From: Geotalea uraniireducens Rf4
Lineage (GTDB): Bacteria > Desulfobacterota > Desulfuromonadia > Geobacterales > Geobacteraceae
NCBI RefSeq assembly: GCF_000016745.1
Contig: NC_009483.1
Span: 3,780,001-3,812,000, forward strand
DNA: 32,000 bases
Direction: 5' to 3'
In this document: positions 1 through 8,355 of the stretch, piece by piece
How the letters are laid out: each line of letters starts with the position of its first letter
Position numbering within the stretch: the first letter of the stretch is position 1
Position numbers and translations under genes: made by a program
The notes under the pieces: model-generated
Seen by the model: the letters and a program-made list of their open reading frames with translations, nothing else
What the model was told of the DNA's origin: nothing
Database searches by the model: none

Positions 1-534
1 GTGCGATTTGATTCGATGAAGACCCGATGGCTGTACAGATCAATCACATTCATCGAGTAAAATCTGCCGTCACTCTTGATGTAGCGGGGGCCAACAAGAT
101 CCATCTGATGGATGTTGTTGCAGCACAGGGCTTCGGTAAAGTACGGGTACTCGACCCCTTTGGGGGAATATCTCGTTTTTTTTAACGAGTCCTTCCCGCT
201 TCAGGGTCCGGTTAATGGTGCTGTCAGAGCGAAACGGTAACCCCAGCTTATGCAGCTCCCACTTGATAGCGGAAACGCCAATCTGTGCAAATGGTGACGA
301 GTCCAGGCGGTTTCTGGTGGAGACAATAATCTCCTTATCTACGATGCTGAGTTCAGACGGTCTTTTAAGTGGCGCTCTTGAGTGTTCCTTGTACCAGTCA
401 GTCGCGCCAGATTGATACCGGTTCAACCACTTAAAAAACCACTTCTTGGAGCGATCAAGGCTTGTATAGACTGCCTTGGGTGATTCGCCTGCAAGATGGC
501 GCTGGACTGCTTGTTTCCTGAGTTCTTCTTCCAT
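1..534 (-). pseudogene. rve (integrase-core) transposase, partial and frame-broken. The HTH N-terminus is ORF 70..534. The catalytic core continues in the +1 frame from about 175 to position 1.
   Basis: The N-terminus MEEELRKQAVQRHLAGESPKAV...HSRAPLKRP is HTH-like. Hand translation of the other frame below the A8 run gives KGVEYPYFTEALCCNNIHQMDLVGPRYIKSDGRFYSMNVIDLYSHRVFIESNR, which is the first-Asp region of a DDE/rve core. The two frames join if the T8 run at 176-183 (A8 in gene sense) is one base shorter. Confidence 0.7.
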
Positions 535-549
535 GCGGATGTTCTCCCC

Positions 550-1290
550 TCAAGTTGAAATCACAGAGAACATTGTAGCTGATATTTCTAATGAAGGTAA
601 CCGATGTCTTGACACAAAAAAGGGCGTTAAGGGTAACCGATGTCTTGACACATCCGGGTAACCGATGTCCTGACACTTGTCAGTTAACAGATAGATGAGC
701 AAGTCGGGGCCAGCACCATGGTCGGCAAAATTTTTTATTGTCGGCGATGTAATTTTCGAGACAAGGTTGCTCCGCAGATCAGTCAGGCGAAAAATTGCGC
801 CCCCTGGGGAAAAAGGAACATCAAAACCGAAATACGCTTCGTCAATATAATGTTTGCTAGGGAAAATACCGGTCTCCGGCCTAAAATTATAATAAATCTT
901 ACCGCTCCCAGGTTCATTACCTATGAGCACAGAAGAAAAAACAAAACCAATCTCGTCGTTTTGCATGAACGGCAAGGTTTTTTCCAGAAAATCTGGTTCC
1001 ATCAAGTCGTCTGAAAATAGCAGCTTTCCATACTCGCCCTTGGCTTCCGCTATGCACCTCCGCCAGTTCTCGACAGGTCCAATATTAATGCTGTTGCAAA
1101 ATACACGCACACGGGAGTCTTTGGCAGCATGCTCTCGGCATATCGCCAAGGTCTGATCAGAGCTAGCATTGTCCACAACAACGATCTCAAGATCAGTATA
1201 AGTCTGATCGAGGGCTGACTGAATACATGGCCCTATAAATTTTTCCCTGTTGTACACTGGGATAAGTATACTGACAATAGGTAGCTTCAT
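550..1290 (-). CDS. GT2-family glycosyltransferase, 3' end replaced by the IS insertion. The native coding part is about 678..1290.
   Basis: The N-terminus VSILIPVYNREKFIGPCIQSALDQTYTDLEIVVVDNASSDQT and the LFSDDL (DxD-like) motif are GT2-type. The last ~40 residues (CQDIGYPDVSRHRLPLTPFFVSRHRLP...) are a translation of the IS repeats. Confidence 0.7.
   Translation of the reverse strand: MKLPIVSILIPVYNREKFIGPCIQSALDQTYTDLEIVVVDNASSDQTLAICREHAAKDSRVRVFCNSINIGPVENWRRCIAEAKGEYGKLLFSDDLMEPDFLEKTLPFMQNDEIGFVFSSVLIGNEPGSGKIYYNFRPETGIFPSKHYIDEAYFGFDVPFSPGGAIFRLTDLRSNLVSKITSPTIKNFADHGAGPDLLIYLLTDKCQDIGYPDVSRHRLPLTPFFVSRHRLPSLEISATMFSVIST
596..676. repeat. Three direct copies of GGTAACCGATGTC[T/C]TGACAC (596-615, 632-651, 657-676). 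Likely subterminal transposase-binding repeats of the IS end.
   Basis: Read directly. Copies 1 and 2 are identical and copy 3 has one mismatch. Start-to-start spacing is 36 and 25 nt. They lie between the transposase start (534) and the junction with the disrupted gene. Confidence 0.9.
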
Positions 1291-1360
1291 TGTTTAGCCT
1301 AAAAGCAAGTGTGTTGATTAATCTTTCCAGGAATAAAGCCAATCAGGTTAATGTCGATAT

Positions 1361-2281
1361 TCATCGCCCACCCTTTCTCTTCATACGGTGGACAACCTTT
1401 CTAATTAAGTTGCGTTCAATGTACTTCAAGGCTTTTCTCAACACATACTGGTAGTATATGAATCTGCCAAAATACTCCTTCAGGATATGGCATCGATCTC
1501 TTTCGAAATCGGGATCACCGGCAGTTGCGCTTACTCCCCCGGCATCATCAAAGATGGCAACCAAGATAGGGAGATATACGTAGGTAAAGTCCTGATCGTT
1601 ATAACAGACAAGATTGAAAAAATAATCACCGGCAGACTTGTATTTCAGATCGTATGAGTGCTTTCGGAACAACGCCTGGGGATAAAAGGTAGCCTGGTGG
1701 GGAATGTTGATCTTCATCAGCTTGTAGGGCGTAAACGGACCATCGTAAATCTTGTGCCATTTAGGAAGGTAGACATCACCGTAATACACTTCGTTTTCCT
1801 TTTGCAAGTAGGCTGCAACCTTGTGCAATACATTCAAGAGGATGTCGTCGCTGCCCAGGAAATAGAGCCAGTCACCACTGGCCGCTCGAGCCCCTTTGTT
1901 CATGGCATCATAGATTCCATTGTCAGGGTTACTGCACCAATAATCAATGTAATCCTCGTATTTTTTAATAATTTCCACTGTCCCGTCGATTGAACCGCCA
2001 TCAATAACAACAATTTCCACGTTGTCGTACTGCTGATGCAAAACGCTTCTGACAGTTTCCTCAAGAGAACCAACCCGGTTCAAAACCGGAATGATCACGC
2101 TAATAAGCGGTTTGCCAGGCCATGATTTTTTTAAATAGCCCCTGCACCGCAAGCCGCCCGTCGTCAAAGATACAGACTCTGCGCTTGTTCTGCAATCAAC
2201 ATCACCTTTTTCTTCAATAAGCAATCTTGTGGTAGAAAAACCATCGTCAAGTGAAATAAAGCTTTTTTCAGTATCTGGCAA
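1361..2281 (-). CDS. GT2-family glycosyltransferase with a ~55-aa N-terminal extension and a TTG start
   Basis: LISVIIPVLNRVGSLEETVRSVLHQQYDNVEIVVIDGGSIDGT, PDNGIYDAMNKG and FLGSDD are GT2-type. There is no in-frame ATG before residue ~127. The TTG at 2281 has a GGAG 7 nt upstream. Confidence 0.75.
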   Translation of the reverse strand: MPDTEKSFISLDDGFSTTRLLIEEKGDVDCRTSAESVSLTTGGLRCRGYLKKSWPGKPLISVIIPVLNRVGSLEETVRSVLHQQYDNVEIVVIDGGSIDGTVEIIKKYEDYIDYWCSNPDNGIYDAMNKGARAASGDWLYFLGSDDILLNVLHKVAAYLQKENEVYYGDVYLPKWHKIYDGPFTPYKLMKINIPHQATFYPQALFRKHSYDLKYKSAGDYFFNLVCYNDQDFTYVYLPILVAIFDDAGGVSATAGDPDFERDRCHILKEYFGRFIYYQYVLRKALKYIERNLIRKVVHRMKRKGGR

Positions 2282-2343
2282 AGTTAGACTCCATCATTAA
2301 AAAGCTTTCCCTGTTCAATAGGACAAATAAGCAAAGTGAAGAA

Positions 2344-3438
2344 CTATCGGCATCCCCGGAGAAAACTATCCAGTGCAGTTACCGCCCGCTCCCAAGTAAA
2401 CTGCTGGATGTGGCGATGCCCTTCCCAGGCCAGTTGCAGCCGCAATGCCTCATCCCGCAGCAGACGCAGGACGTTATCTGCAAGGCTGGTCGGATCCATG
2501 GGTTGAGACAGCAATGCCGTTTTCCCATGTTCGGCATATGCCCGAACCCCCACATTATCGGTTGATAACAGCGCCGAGCCGCATGCCATGGCTTCAGCAC
2601 CAGGCAATCCCCATCCCTCATAGTGTGAAGGCACGATAAAGATCCGTGATCGGTTGTAAAGGTCGCATAGCTCCGTGTCGGAAGGACGCTCATGGTACGC
2701 GACCCAATCAGGCATGTAATCGGGACATTTCCCGCCAAACGACCACACCTCAAGGTCAGAGCCGATGTTGGAACGAACGATTTCCAAAGCTCTGAGAGCA
2801 TCTTCGGTCCCCTTGAAGTGCTCCGGCCGAGTGGGAAATCCGATCAGTAGCCGCTCGGCACTATCGACACCCCGCGCCAGCTTGTAGATACTGAAGTCTA
2901 TCCCGTTTGGAATATAGGCGTCAAAACCGGCGCTACAGCCTTTCAGCATTTCATCACCAGCAGGCGAGGTAACAATGTTGCGCATTCCTGCCAGATAAGT
3001 CTCCTCCATGCGTCGCTTTACAGCTGGGTCAGCAACCATGTAGTATTCATAATCATGAATTAAATAAAACCTATCGCCCTTTTGAACAGGATAAGACCGG
3101 GCCCATTCCGCAGTTTGCCATGCGGTTGCCACAACTGCATCTCCTTCGGGAATCCAGCGAGAATGGAGGCTGGGCACCCAAATCATTCGTACACGGGGGT
3201 CTACAGAGAACCAACGCTTCGGATGGAAACCGCCCTCAAATCCCATAGCCCTGCTAGTAAACTTCGCCATCATTTTGATCTGACAAGCAAGTGACAAATT
3301 GCCGAAGAGGGTTGGAGGAGCATGGACCACCGTCACATCGTTCCCTCGCCGCACAAGACCGTTTGCGTACTCGTACACGACCTTGAAGCCCCCAATGGGC
3401 CTATTTCCTGAGCGTGGGAGGAGAAAAGTTATCCTCAT
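2344..3438 (-). CDS. GT4-family (GT-B fold) glycosyltransferase
   Basis: 364 aa. The C-terminal motif IFIVPSHYEGWGLPGAEAMACGSALLSTD is typical of GT4. The stop lies after a 4-nt overlap (ATGA) with the upstream gene. Confidence 0.85.
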   Translation of the reverse strand: MRITFLLPRSGNRPIGGFKVVYEYANGLVRRGNDVTVVHAPPTLFGNLSLACQIKMMAKFTSRAMGFEGGFHPKRWFSVDPRVRMIWVPSLHSRWIPEGDAVVATAWQTAEWARSYPVQKGDRFYLIHDYEYYMVADPAVKRRMEETYLAGMRNIVTSPAGDEMLKGCSAGFDAYIPNGIDFSIYKLARGVDSAERLLIGFPTRPEHFKGTEDALRALEIVRSNIGSDLEVWSFGGKCPDYMPDWVAYHERPSDTELCDLYNRSRIFIVPSHYEGWGLPGAEAMACGSALLSTDNVGVRAYAEHGKTALLSQPMDPTSLADNVLRLLRDEALRLQLAWEGHRHIQQFTWERAVTALDSFLRGCR

Positions 3439-4421
3439 GATGTTATCCCTTTTGAAAACTCTCCTCTCGCCCCCTCCACAGGAACAACCTTTTCCGTTCT
3501 GCGCAAAATAGCCTGATCACTCAACAGTAAATTATCAAGCACGCTCCTGCGCATCCTTGCAACATCTCTGACCCGAGCCATGGCACTCCTCAAAGCGGCA
3601 TAGTAGGTAAAATCAAACCAGAGGAAACAGAACGCCAGCCGCAGGAACGTATGCACAGCATTCAAGAAAATAAAGGAGGGATCGGTCAGATTGATCCAAT
3701 GAAAAAGGAAACGGTTACGAAAATATATCGTGCGTTTCTGCCTTTTTTTCGTCTTGCCGATAGTGGCGCTTGAATAATGATAAACCGTCGCCCCCGGTTC
3801 GTAGATGCTTCGCCAACCGCGTTTCCAGGCACGATAAGAAATATCAACGTCTTCAAACAGATAGGGTGTGTAGATTTCCGCATACCCTCCGAGCGCCCGG
3901 AACTTGATCATGTCGTAGGCGACACAGGCACCGATGGCGTACAGGTTTTCCCGCACTCCGCACCGTTCATCCAAAGCGGCAAAGCCGCCCTTGATAAACC
4001 CTTTCCCGTACAGGCCATAGACAATACCTTGATTCCGCCCCTCTCGCTCCGCCAGGATGTTGGGGGTAACGGCAAAGATCGACGGATCGTCGAAGTGCGC
4101 CAAAAGCGGCGCTACAAAACCAGAAGTAACCCGCACGTCATTGTTAAGACAAATTGTCACAGGATAGCTCGCCTCTCGCATCCCTTTGTTGCAGGTGCGC
4201 GAGAACCCCTCATTCCGTACATTTTGCAGCAGCTTTACACGCGGAAATAGCTCTCTTAACATGCCGACAGTCTCGTCAATGCTGCAGTCATCGACAACGA
4301 TTACTTCATGAGAGCCACTCCATTCGTCCAGAGCGGCAAATAAAGGGGGAAGGTTTTCTTCAAGGAGGCGTATGCCGTTATATGTGGGAATGACGATGCT
4401 GACGCCTCGCGTATAAGCCAT
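3435..4421 (-). CDS. GT2-family glycosyltransferase with a hydrophobic C-terminal segment
   Basis: VSIVIPTYNGIRLLEENL...HEVIVVDDCSIDETV...NEGFSRTCNKG are GT2-type, and the C-terminus is hydrophobic (FLRLAFCFLWFDFTYY). Confidence 0.85.
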   Translation of the reverse strand: MAYTRGVSIVIPTYNGIRLLEENLPPLFAALDEWSGSHEVIVVDDCSIDETVGMLRELFPRVKLLQNVRNEGFSRTCNKGMREASYPVTICLNNDVRVTSGFVAPLLAHFDDPSIFAVTPNILAEREGRNQGIVYGLYGKGFIKGGFAALDERCGVRENLYAIGACVAYDMIKFRALGGYAEIYTPYLFEDVDISYRAWKRGWRSIYEPGATVYHYSSATIGKTKKRQKRTIYFRNRFLFHWINLTDPSFIFLNAVHTFLRLAFCFLWFDFTYYAALRSAMARVRDVARMRRSVLDNLLLSDQAILRRTEKVVPVEGARGEFSKGITS

Positions 4422-4477
4422 TAATATTTCACTCCTCAGAACATTTCCTGAATTTGCATGCCACCACCATTTACTGT

Positions 4478-5575
4478 TCAGGAGCTCATAACTTCAGCAA
4501 AAAAATCCAGATAGCCGCGCCCCATCGTTGCCAAAGAAAAAGAGGAACGCACCAGATTAAATCCCTCATGCCCCATGGCAAAGCGCCTCTCATTGTCACG
4601 CAGCAGGCCAGCCACTGCAGCAGCAAACTCTACCACTCCCCCCTCGACAAGCACTCCAGCGTCATTGCCTTTAAAAATATCAACCTGCCCCCCCTCATTA
4701 TAGGCGACTACAGGCGTTCCAGCTGCCATGCTTTCCAAGTGGACCAGCCCGAACCCCTCGTTGCGGAAGGTGCTGGCCGAAAGGTCAAGGTCGAAATAGA
4801 CATCAGCCAACCGTTCATGGGGGACTTTACCAGTGAAGATAACGCTGTCCGCCACCCCGAGCTGCTTTGCCTTCTCCTTGATGGGCCCGGTCAGGCCGGG
4901 ATCAGCGTCATCCCCAACCAAAGCCACCTTTATAGACGGAAACTCCCGTCTCAAGAGCGGTATGATCTCGATCAGCTCTCGCTGGTTCTTGAAGAACGCC
5001 CCCACCATGCCGATCAGGGGAAAACCTGTTCCATGGAAAAACCGGCGCTGCCGCCCGACGGCGAATTTTTCAGCCGAAGGTTCTCCCGACACGGGTATGC
5101 CGTTCGGCAGTATGGTGATCGGTGAAGCAATGCGGGGGTTGCCCGCAAGGAGCCTGTCGCGGATGAACGAGGAAACGCAGACCACCGCGTCCGCAGCGCC
5201 GAGAAAGAACTGCTTCCGTGCAGTCGCGGTATGGTAACACATTATCAGCTTGCCCCGACTCCCGAACGGAAAAGCCAGCTTCCAGGCAAGCACGGTACGG
5301 AGCAGGTCATGCTCCCTGGTCACCATGACAATGTCGAACCTCTCCCGCCGTAACAGTGCGGCAGTGTCAAGGATCGGCTCCAGGATAAACTTGCTGCGCG
5401 CCCACAAATCCCAAACCGGAAATCCCATGGATGAAAAGTTATGAGCGGAAGGCGAGTTCGCGCTGCAGAGGAAGTGAGGGGAAAACCCACGTGCGGCCAG
5501 TTGGATCGACAGAGACTTAAGCTGCTCCTGGCCACCACCCCATCCCTTATCATTGTTGACAAGCAATATCTTCAT
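4478..5575 (-). CDS. GT4-family glycosyltransferase
   Basis: MKILLVNNDKGWGGGQEQL at the N-terminus and FRNEGFGLVHLESMAAGTPVVAYNEGG near the C-terminus. Confidence 0.85.
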   Translation of the reverse strand: MKILLVNNDKGWGGGQEQLKSLSIQLAARGFSPHFLCSANSPSAHNFSSMGFPVWDLWARSKFILEPILDTAALLRRERFDIVMVTREHDLLRTVLAWKLAFPFGSRGKLIMCYHTATARKQFFLGAADAVVCVSSFIRDRLLAGNPRIASPITILPNGIPVSGEPSAEKFAVGRQRRFFHGTGFPLIGMVGAFFKNQRELIEIIPLLRREFPSIKVALVGDDADPGLTGPIKEKAKQLGVADSVIFTGKVPHERLADVYFDLDLSASTFRNEGFGLVHLESMAAGTPVVAYNEGGQVDIFKGNDAGVLVEGGVVEFAAAVAGLLRDNERRFAMGHEGFNLVRSSFSLATMGRGYLDFFAEVMSS

Positions 5576-5631
5576 AGGATTATTCAGTATAAAATCATTG
5601 GTCCGGTTCCTATTTCAGGAGATGACGTCAA

Positions 5632-6612
5632 TCAACTCCCCAAAAGTCTATCTATCAAGGGATATACCTCTTGCGGACTTTGTGGGCGCATGACGACCGT
5701 ATTATAGTCGCCAAACAGGGGGGCATGATAGTCGTCCCTGAAATAGATGCCAAGCGAAGGCTTTCTCACCAGATTCGCAACATGCAAGGGCCCGGTATCG
5801 TTGCCCACATAGCCGCGGGATGCATGAAGGGTCTGGGCAAGCTGCTTCAGATTCAATTTCCCTCGCAGGTCAATGAAATAATCTCTTACCGGGAGGGAGG
5901 GCTGAGTATTAATGCCAATGAATATCGATCTGCAGCCGTGCTGGCGATACACCCTTTCAGCTATGTCAAAATAACACCCTTCCTGCCAGCGCCTGTCTGA
6001 ATTATGCCTGACCCCGCCGTACGCAGCTTCCATGCAGACAACGAGATAGGAGGCATCGACAGGTGGACGCCAATCAAAAAATTCATCGGCCAGCAACAGG
6101 CTTTTGCCGGAATAATTAAACGATGAGCAGATCTGATCGACCGTGAAGCCCAGCTCCAGACAGATGCCGAACAGCCGGACAGCATAGAACGGCAAACCAT
6201 GCCTCTCCTGAAGGAATGTGACAAGATCTGCCGGCAATCCGGAACTTTCCGGCGAAAAATTCAGGCAAGACATATCTACAGAATAGCGGATGAACTTCTT
6301 GTTCTGAAGCATCAACCCATAGGTTTTCTTGGCGTGAAAACCGAAATGCTTACTGGTGGTGGTCAAAAAAAACGCTTTATCCGCAGGGTGCAGCCATGAA
6401 TTAATTTTGGCGGAAAGGTTAACCGACTTGATGTCAAAAAGGTTTGCCGCCGTAACAATATCGACCACCGGGACATGGGTATAGAGCGTGACCGCATAAT
6501 GGTCCGGAGCATGTGCGTTAATAAGCTGCTTCAGGCACAAAATGGCCGGCAGAGACAACAGGGCATCACCGATACGATTTGGCAGTATGATCGCTATACG
6601 CTCTTTAGACAC
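5632..6612 (-). CDS. GT9-family glycosyltransferase (heptosyltransferase-like). The alternative long ORF start at 6759 is less likely.
   Basis: RIAIILPNRIGDALLSLPAILCLKQL and GNDTGPLHVANL are GT9 hallmarks. The GTG at 6612 is preceded by GGAGGA at 5-nt spacing. The 49 residues added by the ATG at 6759 are Cys/Ser/Trp-rich and overlap the upstream gene by 25 nt. Confidence 0.7.
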   Translation of the reverse strand: MSKERIAIILPNRIGDALLSLPAILCLKQLINAHAPDHYAVTLYTHVPVVDIVTAANLFDIKSVNLSAKINSWLHPADKAFFLTTTSKHFGFHAKKTYGLMLQNKKFIRYSVDMSCLNFSPESSGLPADLVTFLQERHGLPFYAVRLFGICLELGFTVDQICSSFNYSGKSLLLADEFFDWRPPVDASYLVVCMEAAYGGVRHNSDRRWQEGCYFDIAERVYRQHGCRSIFIGINTQPSLPVRDYFIDLRGKLNLKQLAQTLHASRGYVGNDTGPLHVANLVRKPSLGIYFRDDYHAPLFGDYNTVVMRPQSPQEVYPLIDRLLGS

Positions 6613-6734
6613 CCTGCTCCTCCGTAAACCGTTTTTAACGAAAAACCAATCAGAAGAAGTCTCTACCGGTTCGAAATTGCAGCTGAAACGAGATAGTCCC
6701 ACAGAAGAGCTACACCCATCAGCAGCAGATAAAT

Positions 6735-7556
6735 CTATTGGATACCATTGACACAGCATGGCTGTCGAAAAGCTTTCCGTTTCTCCAGGATCTGCATGTT
6801 ATGCTGATAGATTTCATTGCCGGTGCTCCATGAAGCCTTATGCCAGAGGTGAAAAACAATCGCCAGAAACCTGACCGACTTCAGCTTCCCCCCGGAATTC
6901 AGGACCCTGATGCCGAGATCGTTATCCTCCACGGAACCGTCACGAAAATCCTCATCACAGCCGTTAATTGCATAAAATTGATCTTTACGGACACTGAAGT
7001 TACACCCCCAGATACCATCGTCGCTGATCTGATCCTTACGCAACAGCTTGCGCAGCAGAGGATTCTTAATCCGAACCGCCTCTTCGACCTTTCTGCTGTT
7101 GTGGGCAAAGGAATCCAGCAACAACCTGATTGAAAGTCTGCTTACAAGCTGTTGTTCACGGAGTGCATACTCAGAAAGAAGCTGGCCGACTTCCACCCTT
7201 TTTCCACCCAGCATTACTTTGGGTTCTGCGGAAAGGAGGTGTGATCTGACAAAATCCGGATGGGCCATGCAATCGCCATCGATAAAGACCAGGTAATCGC
7301 CGGTTGCATTTCTCACCGTTTCGTTAATGATTTTCGGTTTGCGAAAGCCGACGTTCTCCTGCCAGATATGCTTGAGCGTGAAATGACAGTCCGGGGAATG
7401 GCCAAAAGCTTCGATAGTCCGACGCGTTTCTTCGCCACTCCCATCGTCGGCAATGAGGACTTCGTCAGGCAGCCGGCTCTGCCCCGCCAGACTCATAAGG
7501 CAGAGGCGGAGGGCTTGCGGCCGGTTAAAGGTAGGTACGATGACTGATACTTTCAT
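6735..7556 (-). CDS. GT2-family glycosyltransferase
   Basis: VSVIVPTFNRPQALRLCLMSLAGQ, LIADDGSGEET, FIDGDC, and a C-terminal CDEDF...EDNDLGIR segment. Confidence 0.8.
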   Translation of the reverse strand: MKVSVIVPTFNRPQALRLCLMSLAGQSRLPDEVLIADDGSGEETRRTIEAFGHSPDCHFTLKHIWQENVGFRKPKIINETVRNATGDYLVFIDGDCMAHPDFVRSHLLSAEPKVMLGGKRVEVGQLLSEYALREQQLVSRLSIRLLLDSFAHNSRKVEEAVRIKNPLLRKLLRKDQISDDGIWGCNFSVRKDQFYAINGCDEDFRDGSVEDNDLGIRVLNSGGKLKSVRFLAIVFHLWHKASWSTGNEIYQHNMQILEKRKAFRQPCCVNGIQ

Positions 7557-7569
7557 TGAACGCCTCCCA

Positions 7570-8355
7570 TCATGATTTATCCGGGAAACGCATCAGACGG
7601 TGCTGGATCTCGTACAATTTCATGTATTTCATGAAGACACAGTGGGCTTCCATGACACAGATGGTAAAGCCGGCCAGGCCGTCAAGAAAGCCTAGACGGA
7701 TAAAGTAGCGCGACATGAAGGCGTGAAGCGGCCGGAGCGTAACATGAAGGAGGGTCGCCTTTCTGCCGTTTCGATTGTGGTCAATTGACGTCAGGGTTGA
7801 ATAGGAATTCTTGGTGGCAGCGAAATGCGCCAGATCACGATAGATATAATGGAAAAGGTCCCCCTTCAGCGTCCCCAGCGACCCCGGCACCTGGATCTTG
7901 TCATGTGGCGCATACCCTCCCCAGTGACAGCGATCCTTGCGGAACAGGCGGATGTTGCGGTCGGGATACCAGCCGGAGTGTTTAATCCAGCGCCGCATAA
8001 AATAATGGAAACGGGGCATGTCGAAGGCATCGTGGGTAGTCGAATCCAGATCGAGGGCCAGGATCTCGTCACGCAGGGGAGGAGAAACACGCTCGTCAGC
8101 GTCGATGCTGAATACCCACAGGTTGGCGGCCTGGTCGGTGACAAACTGGCTGGTGGCTATGTGGCCTGCCCACGGCCGGACGATTACCTTGTCGGTGTAC
8201 TCCCGGGCGATGGCAACGGTATCGTCTGTGCTCTGCGCATCGACAACGATGATTTCATCGGCCCACGCGACACTCTCGAGGCAGTCGCGAATGTTATTCT
8301 CCTCGTTGAAAGTTCTGACCGTAACGGTTATTTTGGGTTTATTGCTCGTTACCAT
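7570..8355 (-). CDS. GT2 LPS-core glycosyltransferase of the WaaE/KdtX type
   Basis: SVAWADEIIVVDAQSTDDT, SIDADERV, HSGWYPDR and GFLDG match, from memory, the conserved blocks of enterobacterial WaaE/KdtX. It overlaps the upstream waaF-like stop by 17 nt. Confidence 0.75.
   Translation of the reverse strand: MVTSNKPKITVTVRTFNEENNIRDCLESVAWADEIIVVDAQSTDDTVAIAREYTDKVIVRPWAGHIATSQFVTDQAANLWVFSIDADERVSPPLRDEILALDLDSTTHDAFDMPRFHYFMRRWIKHSGWYPDRNIRLFRKDRCHWGGYAPHDKIQVPGSLGTLKGDLFHYIYRDLAHFAATKNSYSTLTSIDHNRNGRKATLLHVTLRPLHAFMSRYFIRLGFLDGLAGFTICVMEAHCVFMKYMKLYEIQHRLMRFPDKS

Larger units (their letters stand above)
1..678 (-). mobile_element. One end of an insertion sequence plus the 5' part of its rve/DDE-type transposase gene. 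The element continues past the window start. Family not determined (IS481/IS21-like features).
   Basis: The transposase gene reads leftwards out of the window. Three subterminal 20-nt direct repeats lie at 596-676. In the abutting ORF, glycosyltransferase-like translation stops abruptly near 678 and is replaced by translation of the repeats. Confidence 0.75.

Noticed and set aside
596-676. CRISPR-like reading of the three 20-nt direct repeats
   Set aside because: There are only three copies, with irregular 16- and 5-nt gaps. They sit directly between a transposase start and an insertion junction, which is typical of subterminal transposase-binding repeats.
6365-6372. Homopolymer tracts inside glycosyltransferase genes as phase-variation switches: A8 at 6365-6372, T7 near 2125-2131 and T7 near 3743-3749
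   Set aside because: A/T runs of 7-8 nt are common by chance in AT-richer genes, and all three genes are currently in frame. Contingency loci usually use longer tracts. There is no population data to support switching.
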